From: Eimeria praecox
Lineage: Eukaryota
DNA length: 64,000 bases
Assembly: GCA_963920595.1 (NCBI GenBank)
Contig: OY986950.1
Location: 806,001-870,000, forward strand
Direction of reading: 5' to 3'
Made by a program: the position numbers and the translations under genes
Notes under the pieces: generated by a model
Seen by the model: the letters and a program-made list of their open reading frames with translations, nothing else
Told to the model about the DNA's origin: nothing
Databases searched by the model: none
Shown here: positions 49,815-64,000 of the stretch, in pieces
Layout: each line of letters begins with the position of its first letter
How positions within the stretch are numbered: position 1 is the first letter of the stretch

Positions 49815-50710
49815 CCTAGAATGTACGCGATTGCAGTCCTTATAATCTATTGGTAAAACTGAGTGGGAACACACGGCAAACTCGACTTGGAAAAAACAGA
49901 ACTTTCCAGAAGTGAATGCCGTCATCCAACCAACAGGAACTGAGCGTACATACACCGCAGGTTTTATTTCATGGCCCTCAGTTTGAGCGTCACTTTTTTT
50001 CTTCTGACTAATTCCAGATTGCACATGCTTCAGCGTTTGTTCATTGATTTGTCGACCAATTCCTTTCGTAATACGCTTTTTGCAAAGTACGTCATGTTTT
50101 AAGCTTCGCATTTGCTTTCTGCGTACGTCTGCAAGTTTAGCGTGGAGAACTGTGCAAAAATATGGCTTCAGACCTGATCATAGTTGACAAATACCCTAAC
50201 GTGAAGTGACTGTGTGAAACACATGCTGGTTTCTCAGTCCTGCAAGGAGTGAGCCAGGTCTCTTGCGCCTTTAATTTCCTTGCTTGATGAAAGTTTCCGG
50301 GGCACACAGTATACACGCCTACTTGAATCATCCTCTTAGTCTAGCGGCCTCCAGTCACGTAGTAAGCATTCGGAATAGGCATGTGAGCAACTGTCTAGCT
50401 AATCTAAGGTGCTTGTCAAGCGGTGCAAGTCTACGTGGAAAGCTTCATACTTTTCAGATGGTTGCTCTACCAGCGGTTGCGTCACCACCCCATGCTTTAC
50501 GAATGCATGGTCCACAGTCAGCAATCAAAACTTTTAAGCCGCGTTTCATCATGTGTGCCGACAAACATCTGCTAGGAAGAAGGCATATTGCCTAGGATGA
50601 CACTTATGTTCTGCGTGAAGAGCAAGTTGCAGCGTGCGTTTCGCACGCTGCTGAGCGCAGGTTAACTACCGAGCGCCAAGTATGTAATTAATTATTGTGT
50701 ACAGTGCAAC

Positions 50711-50718
50711 TGCATGCA
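50711..50718. promoter_or_regulatory. TGCATGCA octamer in the divergent intergenic region
   Basis: Motif visible between the SH3 gene and USP starts. Function is inferred only. Confidence 0.3.
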
Positions 50719-52207
50719 ACCGCAGTGGGATTATCATGGCTACAAAAGATGTTGTTTCGTGGCAGGAGTTGTAACAAGAAGAACAACTGTAACAGTTGCA
50801 TTAGCAATCCGTGGCATTGCATGCCGCTTTCTTTCTGTATGTGCCCCAGGCGCTTGTGATGCTGTGAGCGTGGAGAGAGGGGGGGGGGAGATTAGCTGTT
50901 TTTCTCATGAATTGCTTTCTCAAGCGGCATGAGTCTGTTAACTGCTCATGACGTCCACTGGGTAATACCGAGCACTCGCATTACTCATGATGTCTCTGGA
51001 GAAGGTGTAGGATTCTTGCAGGCAAATGAAGTGTGTTTTGTATTTAAACACCAAGAAGACTTGCTTGCTTTGGGAAATTGCCGCTGAGGTGCATATATCT
51101 ATATCTAGATAGAACACATGATAGTGGCAAGGGTCTGGGTAGACCAGAGTGCTTTGGGTATTCGCTAAAGATCGCATTCACAGCTGCGCCGATGGGGTGG
51201 GGTGTGATAAAATGGGTGCAATTATGGTTCAATAGACTCAGTTTATTAGGAATTGATAGAAGTTCGGTGAAGGGAAAGCCGTCGGCTGAGCTTTCGCCTG
51301 GAGCACGATCTAGAGCAGGATAGCGAGGAATTCCTGAGCCCTATCGGATAGCAGAAGTTTCATTAGAAAATTCTAATTAAGCTGTTATGTATCGTAGTGG
51401 GTCTATCACATGGTAGAGTGTGTAAATGATAGAAGGACAAGGGTGTTTGTAGGAGGTTCATTGCTGCAGTGTACGTGGAACTAACCGACCGGGCTAGCTG
51501 CAGCCTGCCGGGGAACTATCCCGGCGGGCTGGCTGCTAGGCTGCGAACGTAGGCAAAATGTGAACAGTGTGTACGAAGTCGGATGTGCTGGAAGGGGCGT
51601 TAACATGTTCATCGCATAAAGTTGTATATTATTGGCGGCGTTGCAGGTGAAGGCTTTCTGAATATGTTGCGTTGCGCCCCTCCTCCTGACTGTTGTTGCT
51701 CATCGGGCGGGGGTCGTCTAGCTGCGACAGGATTGTAAGATACAGGTTCTATTTGTTTTCTGAGTTCATTCATGAGCACAGTATTGTGTGTTTGGCTCAC
51801 TTTAACTCTCATTTCAATGCATTTATCCCCTGCAGCAGCAGCGGTGGCAGCCCGTGCAGCAGCTGTGGTTGGCTCAGCCTAGCTGCCGACTCCTTGACGG
51901 CAGAAGCATTCGTGCCGCTTCCATATCGTTCAAGAGAATATGAGATCTCAAATTGGCTGTATTTCTTCCTTTGTGTGTGTATGAAGAATATATTTTTCTT
52001 GAAATTGCAGATTCTCTAAAGAATTGCTTAGCCGACAACGACGGCCCGACGCCACGTCAGCAGTCCTGGCATAGATATTTGCCTGATTGATCTGCGGGCT
52101 GCAATTTATTTTTTTGTATTTGTTTCAGATCATCATCATCTAAAGAAGATATTCATTGCCTTCAAAGCCAAGTAAAACAGAGCAGCCAGCCGCTGCCCTT
52201 AGGATCG

Positions 52208-59211
<7,004 letters not shown>

Positions 59212-59461
59212 AGAGAGAGGAAACCTTTTATTAAAATACCTGACTATCTATCTTTATCTTTCTTTTTATCCTTCTTTCTTTCTTTCTCTATCTCTGTCTC
59301 TGTCTCTCTCTCTGTCTCTCTCTGTCTCTCTCTGTCTCTGTCTCTCTATCTCTCTCTCTTTCTGTCTCTCTCTCTATCTCTGTCTCTCTCTGTCTTTCTC
59401 TTTCTTTCTCTCTCTTTCTCTTTCTCTTTCTTTCTCTTTTTCTTTCTTTCTCTCTCCTCTC

Positions 59462-59499
<38 letters not shown>

Positions 59500-59773
59500 C
59501 CTTTCTCTCTCTCTCCTCTTTTAAATATTATTTATAAAAGAAGCAAATAATTAAATGAAGCAAATGAGGAGGCAACAAGAATACAAACAAATCTAAAAAA
59601 CAGAAAGAGAAGAACTGATAGAGAGAGGAAAGAAGAAATATATATATGTCTAGATATATACAGATACAATATATTATATTATATAGAGAGATATATAGAT
59701 ATAGATATACAGATATTATATATGTATAGATCTATATATACAGACATACTATATAAAAATATCTGTATGCATG

Positions 59774-59849
<76 letters not shown>

Positions 59850-60261
59850 TATATTGTATATTATTATATGAATGTGTGCTTATAGAGTGCAAAGGCAGCG
59901 CTAAACAAACGTAATTGGATCGAGTAGAATATAATAATATTGGAGTGTATATACAGCGGTTTCTGTATTTCTCTCGTTTTTGTTTTTATTTTTTGTAATT
60001 GTATCTTCTTTTATGTTCTTCTTTATTCTTCTATTCTTCTATCTTATCTTTCTCTCTTTCTTCTTCTTCTTCTTCTTCTTCTTTTTCTGTTTATACAGCT
60101 CAGAATAAGGAGAAGATATAAATGAGGCTGTCTGCCTACAACAGAAATAAAATATAAAAAAACAAATACTAAACAACAAAAACCAGAAATGTTTATTCTT
60201 TTATCTCCTTTCACTCTTTAAACTATGCAGGTTAGGAAATGCTTCTATCCTCTGCTGCTCT

Positions 60262-60340
<79 letters not shown>

Positions 60341-60343
60341 ATC

Positions 60344-64000
<3,657 letters not shown>

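Overview
Eukaryotic, intron-rich DNA with the hallmarks of a coccidian (Eimeria-type) chromosome: CAG/CTG tracts encoding poly-Ala/Gln/Ser, interstitial TTTAGGG/CCCTAAA telomere-like arrays, TGCATGCA octamers and very long AT microsatellites. The species cannot be fixed from the sequence. Manual splicing (GT-AG, phase checked) gives eight protein-coding genes: OGG1 glycosylase (-), an OB-fold plus class I SAM methyltransferase (+), prohibitin 2 (-), FCP1-type CTD phosphatase with BRCT (-), a probable mitochondrial RbfA (+), a hypothetical SH3 protein (-), UDP-sugar pyrophosphorylase (+) and the 3' part of an unknown gene (-). There is a 200-N gap at 41874-42073 and a repeat-poor island at about 44.5-53.7 kb. 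Most ORFs in the supplied track are microsatellite artefacts. The most unusual signals are (i) repeated local duplication of exon ends together with their splice sites in three unrelated genes, (ii) inverted telomere-repeat arrays bracketing small exons and abutting start/stop codons, and (iii) the OB-fold methyltransferase architecture. All gene models are by eye and need RNA-seq confirmation.
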